A stretch of DNA of 64,000 bases from Snowella sp. (lineage in GTDB: Bacteria > Cyanobacteriota > Cyanobacteriia > Cyanobacteriales > Microcystaceae). The first letter of the stretch is position 1. Each line of letters begins with the position of its first letter. Below are positions 20,986 to 31,592 of the stretch, one piece after another. Made by a program: the position numbers and the translations under genes. Below the pieces are notes generated by a model. The model did not search any database and was not told the DNA's origin. It saw nothing but the letters and a program-made list of their open reading frames with translations. The stretch is taken from assembly GCA_035285545.1 (NCBI GenBank), contig JAYKGY010000070.1:59496-123495 (forward strand), given 5' to 3'.

Positions 20986-21915
20986 CTAAAACGCAGTTAA
21001 ATTCGGGTTGGCTTCTAATTTTTGGATTTCATCTTTGACAGCGTTATATTCATGATTGACTTGAATCGCAACGGATTGGGGCAATTGATCAATCTTTTGC
21101 TGTGCCCGTTCAAAATAGAACTGAGAAGCTTTGAGTTGTCCTATATTTTTACTGGCTCGTCCTTGAATTCTTAATAATTGGCCTTTGAGATATTGCAATT
21201 CAGGGTTTTCTGGGGTTTCCGCGATCGCTTTCTCCAAATATTCCATTGCCTTATCGTATTTTTTGAGATCCCGATAGGTCGTCGTGAGGGCACGATTTCT
21301 TAAATAGGAAGGCGAGGCGTATTTTTCAAAGCGACCAATCACTTTATCGGATTGGGAAAACGGCGTGTATTTCGATAAAAACAAATCCAAATAGCCCTGT
21401 AATAAGTTTAATTCGGGATCATTAGCATCGATTTTAGCGGCGGATTCTAAATGATCAAAGACTTTGCCCGTTTTGCTGACCGCTTCGAGATAGCTGCCTT
21501 TTTTGAGTAAATAAGCACCTTCTAAAAAGTGACCAACCGCTAGGTAAAGATTTCCGCGTAGGGGATCTTGGGTTTTTAGCTTTTCTGCCATTTCTAAGGT
21601 TTTGGTTGCATAGACTCTCATTTGCTCTAAATCAGCCGCATCATAGTACATGGATGCTTGCATGGCGTAGATCAGCGGTTCACTGCTTCTTTGCTGAATA
21701 GCATCGTTCAAATACCGACGGGCTTCTTTATAATTTCCTTCTCGAAAAATGGCGACAAAAGCGGCTTCGGTGGTGCTGTCAATATTCCGGGGATTGGTTG
21801 ACCGAAACGGATCGCCCGCCCAAGCGTTATTGGCCCCGAAACCTGCGATCACGGCGATCGCGAAGGATAAAACAACAGAGAGACCGTTGCCCAATTTTCT
21901 GTCAATGACCATCAT
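20986..21915 (-). CDS. Exported TPR protein (Sll0314/Alr1548-like)
   Basis: Signal peptide, AGDPFR, DPLRGNLYLAVGHFLEGA, DPELNL, NPELQYLKGQ. Confidence 0.8.
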   Translation of the reverse strand: MMVIDRKLGNGLSVVLSFAIAVIAGFGANNAWAGDPFRSTNPRNIDSTTEAAFVAIFREGNYKEARRYLNDAIQQRSSEPLIYAMQASMYYDAADLEQMRVYATKTLEMAEKLKTQDPLRGNLYLAVGHFLEGAYLLKKGSYLEAVSKTGKVFDHLESAAKIDANDPELNLLQGYLDLFLSKYTPFSQSDKVIGRFEKYASPSYLRNRALTTTYRDLKKYDKAMEYLEKAIAETPENPELQYLKGQLLRIQGRASKNIGQLKASQFYFERAQQKIDQLPQSVAIQVNHEYNAVKDEIQKLEANPNLTAF

Positions 21916-22241
21916 TATTCTCCTAGAAATTTTAAGATTAAGACTGAAATAGCGTTTTGGGAGTATGCCCTTGACTTTCTCCGTTTTCCGAAAAAGACAA
22001 AAGTGCTAAACCGTTAACCCCCCAAGGTCTAATCTTTCCTATCCGATGTTAGCAAATTCACTTTTGGATGTGTTCCGAGAGACTTGCTCAGGGGAAGCTT
22101 ACAATAAACAAAAAGACAATGGCTTTGCTTGATTCCGCTACCCAGCGTAAAAACAGGGATAAGATAGATTAAAACAGCCGATTAAAAAAGTTAAAAAAGC
22201 AGCTTTCTAGCGATTATTTTAGGTTGATTCTTGTAAAATTA

Positions 22242-22901
22242 ATGCTCTATTTAAAAAACGTCAGCTATCATCCTCCCGCGACCGAAACCCCCATTTTAAA
22301 TCAGGTCAATTTAGAACTGGCTCCGCAAGAGTTAGGTTTAATCATTGGCCCAAGCGGATCGGGAAAAACGACTTTATTAGAGATTTTAGCGGGATTGGCT
22401 GAAAAAACAAGTGGTGAAATTTTTTGGCGGGATCAGGAATTAACGCCGCTCCATCTTCAACAGTTGGGGGGATTAGTTTTCCAATTTCCTGAACGGCATT
22501 TTTGTGGGGGAACGATTTTAGAAGAATTGCGGTTAGGTCATCCTGAAATTAACAGCGATCGCTTAAAACAAGCTTTGGTCGAAGTCGGGCTAGACCACGT
22601 AAGTTTTCAAGAATCCCCCCATGCTCTCAGTGGGGGTCAACAACGGCGACTTTCTTTGGCTGTGCAACTGATCCGTCAACCCAATTTACTATTGCTGGAT
22701 GAACCGACGGCAGGCTTGGATTGGTCGATGCGTCGTCAGTTAGCCAAATTACTACACAAATTAAAGTCCCATTGGACATTGCTAATTGTGAGCCACGATC
22801 CCAATGAATTGCTCCATATTGCCGATCGCTGTTGGAAAATTGATCACGGCATTCTCGCTGCCATTGATCCCATAAATTTATTGACCCCAAAAATAGGATA
22901 G
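22242..22901 (+). CDS. ABC/ECF-type ATP-binding protein
   Basis: GPSGSGKTT, VFQFPE, LSGGQQRR, LLLDEPTAGLD; start set at ATG 22242. Confidence 0.88.
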   Translation: MLYLKNVSYHPPATETPILNQVNLELAPQELGLIIGPSGSGKTTLLEILAGLAEKTSGEIFWRDQELTPLHLQQLGGLVFQFPERHFCGGTILEELRLGHPEINSDRLKQALVEVGLDHVSFQESPHALSGGQQRRLSLAVQLIRQPNLLLLDEPTAGLDWSMRRQLAKLLHKLKSHWTLLIVSHDPNELLHIADRCWKIDHGILAAIDPINLLTPKIG

Positions 22902-22931
22902 GATTAACCCGATTCCTTCAGTCCCGCAATT

Positions 22932-23669
22932 ATGACCGAGCTTTTATCCCTGCCCCATACCCCTGAAATCTGGCAACAGACCTTAAATTGGCAACCAAAT
23001 GAGCAACAATGGCAACAGTTTCAACACCTTTATGACTGTGTTTTAGAGGGCAATAAACGTTTCAATTTGACCCGTATTACCGATCCCTTGGATTTTTTGG
23101 AAAAGCATTTGTGGGATTCGTTAGCGGGCTTGATGTTAACCGATACCCTCAAACGAGATGAAGCTTACAAAGTTATGGATATTGGTACGGGGGCAGGCTT
23201 TCCTGGATTACCGACGGCAATCGTTTGTCCTGAATGGACAGTGACTCTCCTTGATTCTACCCGTAAGAAAATTGATTTTTTAGTAACGGTTTTACAGGCA
23301 TTAGCCCTACGCAACGGCAAAACCTTATTGGGTCGCTCTGAAGTCATGGGACGCGATCGCCGCAATCGAGAAAAATTTGACCTAGCCTTAATTCGGGCCG
23401 TGGGAGAAGCATCGGTTTGTGCCGAATATAGCTTACCGTTACTCAAATTAGGTGGGTTAGCCATTCTCTATCGGGGTCATTGGACAGAAGAGGATACGGA
23501 AAAATTCTTACCCAGTTTGGCGGAATTGGGCGGAACCCTAGAACAAATTAAAACCATTGAAACGCCTTGGAGTCAGGGGATTCGGAATTTTATTTATCTT
23601 AGAAAAATTCAGCCAACTCCGTCTAGTTATCCCCGTGCAACTGGAATTCCGACTCAAAAACCGCTTTAA
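22932..23669 (+). CDS. rsmG: 16S rRNA m7G527 methyltransferase
   Basis: FNLTRI, KHLWDS, DIGTGAGFPG, YPRATGIP. Confidence 0.95.
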   Translation: MTELLSLPHTPEIWQQTLNWQPNEQQWQQFQHLYDCVLEGNKRFNLTRITDPLDFLEKHLWDSLAGLMLTDTLKRDEAYKVMDIGTGAGFPGLPTAIVCPEWTVTLLDSTRKKIDFLVTVLQALALRNGKTLLGRSEVMGRDRRNREKFDLALIRAVGEASVCAEYSLPLLKLGGLAILYRGHWTEEDTEKFLPSLAELGGTLEQIKTIETPWSQGIRNFIYLRKIQPTPSSYPRATGIPTQKPL

Positions 23670-23723
23670 TCTCGCTTTCATTCTCTAATTGATAGAATTT
23701 AAAAAACTTGGGACAATTAACCG

Positions 23724-24317
23724 ATGGAAGCTTTTACTCTCAATGTTCCCGCTGCTGTCGCTTTAACCGATGAACAGTTTTATCAACTGGCGATCGCGAA
23801 TGAGCCTTGGCAACTCGAACTCAGTGGCACAGGAGAATTAAGTATTATGGCTCCGACAGGGGGAGAAAGTGGCATTAGGAATGCGGATTTAACGACAGAA
23901 TTAACCCTCTGGAACCGAAAGAGCAAACTAGGCAAAGTTTTTGATTCTTCAACTGAATTTAAATTACCCAATGGAGCCTATCGTTGTCCTGATGTTGCTT
24001 GGGTGCAGTTAGACCGCTGGCAAGCTTTAACCCCAGAACAAAGACAAAAATTTCCGCCGATTTGTCCTGATTTTGTGATTGAGTTACGCTCAGAAAGTGA
24101 TTCTCTCAGTAAATTGCGCCAAAAAATGCGAGAGTATCAACACAATGGCGTGCGGTTAGCCTGGTTAATCGATCCTCAAACTCTGTTAGTAGAAATTTAT
24201 CGGCAGGGTCACGACCAGGAAACGTTAACGTTTTCAATGGATAATATCCCAACGCTTTCCGGCGAGACTGTTTTACCTGGGTTTGTTTTAGAACTGGCTT
24301 TAATTTTGAATCCTTAA
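23724..24317 (+). CDS. Uma2 family endonuclease
   Basis: MAPTGGE, FDSST.F.LPNGA.R.PDVAW, CPDFVIELRS, WLIDP. Confidence 0.92.
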   Translation: MEAFTLNVPAAVALTDEQFYQLAIANEPWQLELSGTGELSIMAPTGGESGIRNADLTTELTLWNRKSKLGKVFDSSTEFKLPNGAYRCPDVAWVQLDRWQALTPEQRQKFPPICPDFVIELRSESDSLSKLRQKMREYQHNGVRLAWLIDPQTLLVEIYRQGHDQETLTFSMDNIPTLSGETVLPGFVLELALILNP

Positions 24318-24404
24318 AATCTTGGTTTCGGCGATCGCGGAGGGATGATTTCTGCTAACTTTTAGCAAGTATTTGCCAATGTCATCCTCATCTATCTCAT
24401 ATTT

Positions 24405-24800
24405 ATGTACCTTTATCCCAGCCTAATCACTGCCTTAACCACCTTGCTGTATCTAGTTCTCAGCGTTAATGTCGGTCGAGCCAGAGCCAAGTATAAAATT
24501 ATGCCCCCTGCCATGTCGGGTAATGAAGACTTCGAGCGGGTTGTGCGAGTCCAACAAAACACGTTAGAACAATTGGTTTTCTTTTTCCCTGTCCTGTGGT
24601 TGTTTTCCGTTTATGTCAGTCCGATCTGGGGAGCAGGAATTGGTGCGCTTTGGATTATTGGACGCATTATTTTTGCCTGGGGTTATTACCAAGCCGCTGA
24701 AAAACGAATTGCCGGTTTTGCCATCAGTATCCTGAGCAGTATGACCTTACTCTTAGGCTCGTTAGTTAGCATCGGCTTACAATTATTTCAGACCTTTTAA
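24405..24800 (+). CDS. MAPEG family membrane protein
   Basis: VGRAR.KY, FERVVRVQQNTLEQ, GR....GY. Confidence 0.9.
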   Translation: MYLYPSLITALTTLLYLVLSVNVGRARAKYKIMPPAMSGNEDFERVVRVQQNTLEQLVFFFPVLWLFSVYVSPIWGAGIGALWIIGRIIFAWGYYQAAEKRIAGFAISILSSMTLLLGSLVSIGLQLFQTF

Positions 24801-24928
24801 TTGGCTAACTTCATCGTTTTTAGAGATTTGTCGCGATCGCGCATGGGATTAATCTCTCAGAATCGCAAACGAAGCTTGTCCAACCCCAACGGGCTATAAT
24901 AACAACCGCAATTTAGGGATGTATCGGT

Positions 24929-26323
24929 ATGATCGCTGGTTTAAAACAGGTGATGTTGACGAATTTTTCTCCGTCTCAGTGGCGGCAAAGCAGTTATCTC
25001 TATCAACTGGTCGGAATGTTCGGGCATTGGCGAGAGGGTAGCTATTTGATGCAGTGGTCGGAAGCGATCGCGGCCTTACTAATTAGTCTCGTCTATATCG
25101 TTGGCCCTTTTACGTCAACCAGCCTGATCGGTGTTTTACTGTCCATTTTAGGCCTGTATTGGGGATTATTAACCGTAGCCGATACCCGCAATAACAGTGG
25201 CATTACCCCGATTCATCTTCTGGTTTTTCTCTATTGGGGAATCTCAGCCGTTGCCGTTAGCTTTTCTCCTGTGAAAATGGCAGCTTTAGTGGGTTTTGGC
25301 AAATTAAGCTTAAATTTATTTTTATTTTTAATTGCCGCTAGGGTTCTGCGATCGCCGGTGTTTTTAAATCGTCTGATCACCGTGATCTTATTGGTGGGAT
25401 TGATTGTCAGTTCCTATGGCATCCGGCAACAAATTGATGGGGTTGAACAACTCGCTACCTGGAATGATCCCACCTCGGAAATGGCAGGAGCCACTAGGGT
25501 TTATAGCTATTTGGGCAATCCCAATTTATTAGCCGCTTATTTATTACCCATTTTGGCCTTTAGTATTGCTGCCCTTTTTGTCTGGCGCAGAGGACTTCCC
25601 AAAGTGTTAGCGGGAATCATGGTGATTATTAATGTGGCTTGTATTTACTTTACCCAGAGTCGGGGGGGATGGCTCGGTATGGTGGGGGTACTGGCAGCCT
25701 TTTTGATTTTGTCCTATCTGTGGTGGCGCGATTCTCTTCCCCCCTTTTGGCAACGTTGGTTATTGCCCATTTCCTTTGGAGGCGTTGGAATTCTGTTTAT
25801 TTTAGGGTTGTTGTTGGTGGCACCGTTACGAATGCGAGTTCTCAGTCTTTTTGCAGGTCGGGCGGATAGTAGTAATAATTTTCGGATTAATGTCTGGGAG
25901 GGGGTAAAAAGTATGATCCGCGATCGCCCCATTCTCGGTATTGGGCCAGGCAATACGGCCTTTAATAAAATTTATCCCCTCTATATGCGTCCTAAATACA
26001 GCGCATTGAGTGCCTATTCCGTCTATTTAGAAATTTTGGTTGAAACCGGATTCATTGGCTTTATCTGTTTTATGTGGTTGTTGCTGGTCACCATTAGCCA
26101 CGGAGTTCGTCAAATTATCGCCCTACGCCAATCTTTAAACCTGCAAGGATTCTGGGTTATTGCCACGCTGTCAGGCATGGCCGGCCTATTAGTGAATGGC
26201 ATTGCTGATACCGTTTGGTATCGTCCCCAGGTCAGTACCCTTTGGTGGTTATTAATCGCCATTATTGCCAGCCAATATTCCTATCTAGCGAAAAAAACAC
26301 CGATAGCAACGACAGAAGTTTAA
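24929..26323 (+). CDS. ictB: IctB family membrane protein (O-antigen ligase-like)
   Basis: LATWNDP, RVYSYLGNPNLLAAY, DSSNNFRINVW, GIGPGN, ALSAYS, DTVWYRPQV. Confidence 0.92.
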   Translation: MIAGLKQVMLTNFSPSQWRQSSYLYQLVGMFGHWREGSYLMQWSEAIAALLISLVYIVGPFTSTSLIGVLLSILGLYWGLLTVADTRNNSGITPIHLLVFLYWGISAVAVSFSPVKMAALVGFGKLSLNLFLFLIAARVLRSPVFLNRLITVILLVGLIVSSYGIRQQIDGVEQLATWNDPTSEMAGATRVYSYLGNPNLLAAYLLPILAFSIAALFVWRRGLPKVLAGIMVIINVACIYFTQSRGGWLGMVGVLAAFLILSYLWWRDSLPPFWQRWLLPISFGGVGILFILGLLLVAPLRMRVLSLFAGRADSSNNFRINVWEGVKSMIRDRPILGIGPGNTAFNKIYPLYMRPKYSALSAYSVYLEILVETGFIGFICFMWLLLVTISHGVRQIIALRQSLNLQGFWVIATLSGMAGLLVNGIADTVWYRPQVSTLWWLLIAIIASQYSYLAKKTPIATTEV

Positions 26324-26339
26324 ATTCTTTCAATCTGCC

Positions 26340-26825
26340 ATGAATCAGTTATCCTTTCCCGAACCCTGTGCTGAAAATGCCTATTTAGCGGAACATATTC
26401 ACCTCATGCAGGAGAGTTTACGCCAATCAACCAAGCGAGATTTTACTGATTGCGGGTTAAAGATAACTGCAAATTTAGCTAAGGATATTTATTACGCGCC
26501 TTTTGTCGTTGTTTCCCACAATACCGACCCCGACCCCATTTTTAACTACGCTAATTTAACGGCTCAAAAGCTCTTTGAAATGACCTGGCAAGAATTTACG
26601 GCCCTTCCTTCCCGTCAATCTGCCGAACCTCCGAATCAAGACGAACGCGCTCAGTTATTAGAAACTGTAGCCACTAAAGGCTTTTGTGAAAACTATACGG
26701 GGATTCGCATTTCTAAAAATCAACGTCGATTTTACATTCAAGACGCTTTAGTTTGGAACTTAGTAGATTTAGCGCAAAAATACTATGGACAAGCGGCAAT
26801 TTGCCATCGTTGGCAATATTTATAG
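26340..26825 (+). CDS. Stand-alone MEKHLA domain protein
   Basis: APFVVVSH...DPIFNYAN..A..LFE, LPSR.SAE, Y.GIRIS, VWNL, GQAA. Confidence 0.9.
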   Translation: MNQLSFPEPCAENAYLAEHIHLMQESLRQSTKRDFTDCGLKITANLAKDIYYAPFVVVSHNTDPDPIFNYANLTAQKLFEMTWQEFTALPSRQSAEPPNQDERAQLLETVATKGFCENYTGIRISKNQRRFYIQDALVWNLVDLAQKYYGQAAICHRWQYL

Positions 26826-26847
26826 GTTTTTTATCCCAAATTAATAC

Positions 26848-27843
26848 TCAACTCAAGGTGGGCAAGGTTTGGTTAGCTTGTAAAAATTCAGTTAACCGTT
26901 TGAAGGTGGTACCGCCTGTACTGATTGGAGTTTCATAGCCTTTGAGATTAACCTGATGCTGTTCAAACTCTTGATCAAATTGTTGAAATTTACTGAGATA
27001 ATGACAAGTCTGCTCTCCAATGGCCACATCTATTCCTAAGATTTTCGTGGCGGATTCTAAGCGAAAAGCGGCATTCACGGTGTCACCGATCGCGGTGTAG
27101 TCGGGATGTTCTTCACTGCCCGTATTACCAACCATGGCATAGCCAGTATTAATGCCAACACCAATTTTGAGGGGAAAGGGAACTGGGTATTGGGAACTCA
27201 GTTTTTCTGTCATGTCATTGATTTTTCTGACGGCTTCAAAGATCTGTAACACTTCCTCTGGGGTACCATCTTCTCCACTATGGAACCAAACGGCCATAAT
27301 GGCATCCCCAATATATTTATCCACCCAACTGCCGGAGTGACGAATAATTTCTCCGGTATGGCGGAACCAACTGCTAATTAAAATCGATAAAATTTCCTCA
27401 TTCAGTTGACGAGATAAAACAGTGAAATTCCGCATATCTGCCACCATCACGGACATCAGACGGCGTTCATGGACGACATTGGTTTCCGTATCCCGTTCAG
27501 AAAGGGTTTGTGTTCTTTTTGCTGCTTCAGGGGATTCTGAATAAAATTCGACTTGGGACTTGCCGAACATGATGCGATCAGCACTTTTGATGGTGGCGGG
27601 GATGCTGACTCGTCTGCCATTGATAAAGGTGCCGTTGCTACTACCTAAGTCAATGAGGAGAAAATCACCTGTTTCGGTGCGTTGCAAAATAGCGTGATTA
27701 CGCGAAATAGAATGATCCCGTATGACAATATCGTTTTCTTTGTTGCGGCCAATTGTCCAATAGTTTTTATCTCCTAAGGGGAATTCTTGATTTCCTTGGA
27801 GTGTATGAATGAGAAAGTAAGGATTATTTCGGACTTCTTCCAC
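26848..27843 (-). CDS. cya1: FHA-domain class III adenylate cyclase (Cya1-like)
   Basis: FHA motifs IGR, SRNHA, DLGSSNGT; cyclase motifs ADMRNFT, DKYIGDA, YTAIGDTVNAAFRLE (Lys at the substrate site suggests ATP). Confidence 0.82.
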   Translation of the reverse strand: MEEVRNNPYFLIHTLQGNQEFPLGDKNYWTIGRNKENDIVIRDHSISRNHAILQRTETGDFLLIDLGSSNGTFINGRRVSIPATIKSADRIMFGKSQVEFYSESPEAAKRTQTLSERDTETNVVHERRLMSVMVADMRNFTVLSRQLNEEILSILISSWFRHTGEIIRHSGSWVDKYIGDAIMAVWFHSGEDGTPEEVLQIFEAVRKINDMTEKLSSQYPVPFPLKIGVGINTGYAMVGNTGSEEHPDYTAIGDTVNAAFRLESATKILGIDVAIGEQTCHYLSKFQQFDQEFEQHQVNLKGYETPISTGGTTFKRLTEFLQANQTLPTLS

Positions 27844-27870
27844 GGGGGCACAAAATATAAAAGCGAGTAA

Positions 27871-28611
27871 CTATGCCAGGATAGCAGCAATCCAAAATAA
27901 GCTATCCACTAAAATTGTACTCAATACTGCCCCAGCGAAGGCCCACCATTGTAATTCTGTTTTTTCTAATGCCCATCTTCCTAAGCCTAACAGTAGTCCC
28001 ACTAACAGGATCGCCCAACTGATTCCCCAAGGGGTTTGAATTTTCGCGATCGCGTTCACAAAAATCATACCCGCAAAGTCGGGATCAACGATCATCAGTT
28101 GCCGCCAGTATTCAATCAAGCCGGTGAGATAAAAATAAATATCCGTGATGACCGTTCCGGTTAGTGAGCCGATATAAAAGAGATTGCCAATAATCCCCCA
28201 GCGTTTGGATAATCCCCAAAGGGCAAAGGGAAGTCCAATCGCTTCTATGGGTAAATGAATATAGGGTTCCCAACGAAACCAACCCCAATAAATCGAGCCG
28301 GCTAACCAACTCCAACTAAAGCCGAGCAATAAATCCCCCCAAATTTGAGTTTGAGGGCGTTGCATAAATTTCCAGCCCGCCGTTACCCAACCCACTGTGA
28401 GCAATAAGCTCAGCCAAGGAAACAGACGAACCAAGGGGGCTTGCAGGAAAACAGGAACGGAAACGAGGAAACCGGATACGAAGAGTATTAACCAGGCTTG
28501 GACTTTCTGCGATCGCGCTTCAAAAATGGCTAACTTCGCCTGAACAGAAGGCCGTGCATAGTTAGCGATAACAGCAGTCAAGATAGGAATCACAGGAGCT
28601 TTTATAGACAA
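27871..28611 (-). CDS. DUF3120 family membrane protein
   Basis: FLVSVPVFLQAPLVR, SWLAGSIYWGW.R.EP..HLPIEA. Confidence 0.8.
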   Translation of the reverse strand: MSIKAPVIPILTAVIANYARPSVQAKLAIFEARSQKVQAWLILFVSGFLVSVPVFLQAPLVRLFPWLSLLLTVGWVTAGWKFMQRPQTQIWGDLLLGFSWSWLAGSIYWGWFRWEPYIHLPIEAIGLPFALWGLSKRWGIIGNLFYIGSLTGTVITDIYFYLTGLIEYWRQLMIVDPDFAGMIFVNAIAKIQTPWGISWAILLVGLLLGLGRWALEKTELQWWAFAGAVLSTILVDSLFWIAAILA

Positions 28612-28846
28612 TTACAAATGGTTTTAATTTTTGTTACTTATCTTAACTTATCGCAAGGTTCATTGATAAATCAAATGGCATCCTGGAGCTTAATCGATTA
28701 ATTGCCATAGCAAAAGGAGTAAGAACGAGGCAAGATTAACCAGCCTGAAATTACTCCTTCGTTTTAGGCAATTTAATTTTAAAAGCGGGCTAACTCCTAG
28801 CATTCAAGTTTTAAATGCCAATTTTTAAGTCCCCATTCAGCGATCG

Positions 28847-29734
28847 CTAAATTTCCGCAACCGCCCGTTCAATTAACCGATGGGCTAGGGTTTGAATCCC
28901 CGTATGCTCATAGTAATTGGTACTCATATCCAGAAACGCCGCCACATAATCTAATTTATCATCCGCAATATCAACAAATCGGCTGAGATTACTGGCAACC
29001 GCTTGGGGGGTTAAACTGTGGGAACTAACAAAACCGCCCATCCATCCAGAAATTGACGAGAAACCTTCTTGAATAAAACCCAACTTACTGGCAGGATTAC
29101 CGCCAGGAATCAGATTATTAATTTGTTTAAATCCTTGATTTTCATTTAAATCCGAAGGAGCCATACCACCGAGACGCTCTTGTACCCCCTGAATAAAATT
29201 CGGGCCCAAAGGCAATAAGCCATCAAAACAGACTAACGCCGCCATCCGCATTAAAGATTCGCCACTGTAGTCTCCTAAAGCCCCTAGAAAATCCCCAATA
29301 CTGTCCCCTGGAATGCCATTAATTTGACAGAAAGCCAGTAACTCGACAATGACTTTTAAAGATAAATCAATCGTCTGAGCTTTTTCAGGTTTTGGGGTAA
29401 GTTTATCTAAAAAGCCGAGAAAGGAAACGTTCTGACCGATCTTATTTGCTAAAGCTGCTGACCCTAGTGCCGTACTCGCACTGTCAATGGTTTGATACAG
29501 CCAAAGGGCCGTTTGATAGCCCTGGGATTTGTCGTTAAATAAATAGACTGCGCGATCGCCGATTTGTTGGATCATGCCCTCATCGGTTTCTCCCGTTACG
29601 GTACGAATGGTATTTTCAAATCCCACCACATTTTGCCACTCTCCAGGAATAACAAAATCTAGAGCACGTAAAGATTTAACCGTTAAATTATCCTTGGGTA
29701 ACTGATCAACCAGTTCAAAAATCGGTTTACTCAC
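28847..29734 (-). CDS. Conserved hypothetical protein
   Basis: 295-aa ORF, GTG start with AGGAG SD; no catalytic motif recognised. Confidence 0.75.
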   Translation of the reverse strand: MSKPIFELVDQLPKDNLTVKSLRALDFVIPGEWQNVVGFENTIRTVTGETDEGMIQQIGDRAVYLFNDKSQGYQTALWLYQTIDSASTALGSAALANKIGQNVSFLGFLDKLTPKPEKAQTIDLSLKVIVELLAFCQINGIPGDSIGDFLGALGDYSGESLMRMAALVCFDGLLPLGPNFIQGVQERLGGMAPSDLNENQGFKQINNLIPGGNPASKLGFIQEGFSSISGWMGGFVSSHSLTPQAVASNLSRFVDIADDKLDYVAAFLDMSTNYYEHTGIQTLAHRLIERAVAEI

Positions 29735-29876
29735 TGTTGATTACTCCTAAATCCTAAAATTGATGCAAATCTTACAAATTAATCGTTGATTCTTAATGAA
29801 TGTCATTCAATCAACAAAATGCTAAGCTCTTTATTCAGTTGATCATCACTCATTGATAAATATCTTGATCAAGAAT

Positions 29877-30395
29877 TTATGATGACTTTAATTTGGCTAA
29901 GCCTTTGAGGTCGAATTTTTCTAACCAGACCTGGCGATCGCTGGGGCTAAAAGACGGATCACGGGACAGCACTTTAACCTGATACCGATCTGCCACTAAA
30001 ACCGCCGTTGCCGTACTGCCTTGCTGAACCGCAGGAAACCCTTGAATTGTTTGAGTACTTTGTTGAAACTTTTCAACGGCACTGGGGGTATTTAGGGTAT
30101 CGGAAATCGCCATCACAGCCATATCTTTACCCTCTTTTTTGAGCTTGGCCTCAGCAAACCCTTTCTTTTCTTGGGTGTAAACGCGATCGTAGCCATCTTG
30201 GGATTTTGGGAAAAATTTGTTAAATTCTCCCCCTTTTTCCGACTCTTTAACAACGGCACTGGCTCCGCGTTCGGTACTTTGCTGTTGCGCTTGATCAAAT
30301 CGAGAAGGGGCTTGGGGAGAACAAGCCGTTAAGGTAATAAACAGTAAGAGAGAAGTCAGTCCAACCGTTATTAATTTTCGTAGAGACTTCGCCAT
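29877..30395 (-). CDS. Hypothetical lipoprotein
   Basis: Lipobox LTAC after a hydrophobic stretch; FNKFFP, QEKKGFAEAKLK. Confidence 0.75.
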   Translation of the reverse strand: MAKSLRKLITVGLTSLLLFITLTACSPQAPSRFDQAQQQSTERGASAVVKESEKGGEFNKFFPKSQDGYDRVYTQEKKGFAEAKLKKEGKDMAVMAISDTLNTPSAVEKFQQSTQTIQGFPAVQQGSTATAVLVADRYQVKVLSRDPSFSPSDRQVWLEKFDLKGLAKLKSS

Positions 30396-30672
30396 TTCTT
30401 CTTTCCTTGCATGTTAAGTAAAGGGAATTTCTCAATTACTTTTAATTATACTTTTTTGCCATCAATTCTCGTTGATTTGCTGAAAACCTATAAATAGTAA
30501 GATAACACTCATTTATCAACGACTCAAAGGCGTAAACTTCTTGATAACTCAAGCGTTAGACAGATTTGGATTGAAGGAATCCGAGGGGCTGAAGCAAACC
30601 AATATTCATAATTATTTCTATTTTTTAATAAATCCTTAATGTTTTAAGGGGCAAAAATCTCAACCTAATTCA

Positions 30673-31233
30673 TTAAAGTCCGCCAAAACGAACCAAGGGA
30701 AAAAAGCGAAAAACTGCGTGGCCAATTAAATTTTGCTGGGGTAAAAAGCCCCAAATGTGGGAATCATTACTATTGTTACGATTGTCTCCCATGACAAATA
30801 AGCTATCCGGCGGCACAATGAGTCTAGGCAAGCGATATTTCGGATTTTCTCCAATATAGTCTTCTGCTAAGGGGTTCTGGTTTACATAGGTGATGCCATC
30901 ATTGACTTCGACCGTATCGCCCGGTGTCGCAATAACCCGTTTAATAAAAGCTTGATCGCGAGTATAACCTTGAATTAGTAAGGCATCAGGCGGGGTAAAT
31001 ACCACAATGTCTCCTTTTTGCGGTGGATGGAAATAATAAGATACCTTTTCCACAATTAAGCGATCGCCCTGTTGCAAGGTCGGTAACATAGAATCGGAGG
31101 GAATATAACGGGGTTCGGCCACAAACGTCCGAATAAGAAAGGCAAAAACCAAGGCGACAACCAGAATTTGTCCATTTTCGCGGATTTTTTGCCAATTATT
31201 ATTAGATTTATCTTGACTAGGCAATTGAGTCAT
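30673..31233 (-). CDS. lepB: Signal peptidase I
   Basis: IPSDSMLPTL, FIKRVI, GDNRNNSNDSH. Confidence 0.93.
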   Translation of the reverse strand: MTQLPSQDKSNNNWQKIRENGQILVVALVFAFLIRTFVAEPRYIPSDSMLPTLQQGDRLIVEKVSYYFHPPQKGDIVVFTPPDALLIQGYTRDQAFIKRVIATPGDTVEVNDGITYVNQNPLAEDYIGENPKYRLPRLIVPPDSLFVMGDNRNNSNDSHIWGFLPQQNLIGHAVFRFFPLVRFGGL

Positions 31234-31592
31234 AACAATTTGGATAAACAGCGAGTCGTAGATTATTAGTTAATAAGGATGAAAATCGTCTAGCGCCCAA
31301 ATAGTTAGCCATTCACTGGAGTCTTTTCATTCCTACGATCATCTCATTAAACCTCCCGGAATTGAATCACGGGGGGAGGGGCTGAATCTTTGAGTTTGGA
31401 TAGAAAATAAAGAAATGTAACGCAAGGGCAAACTGCTCAATTAACTTGAGCCTAAACCAAATCCATGTGTTACTATAGAAATTGAGAAATAAAGAACGGT
31501 GACAAGATTTGTGTTCAGATACGTTTTCAGTATTGGCAGGCTTCTCCCGACATCTAAACTCTCTGCAAACTGACGATTAAGGAGAAAAACCC

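Noticed and set aside
31500..31592. Conserved cold-regulation boxes in the rbp 5' UTR
   Set aside because: Only degenerate similarity, which cannot be supported by eye
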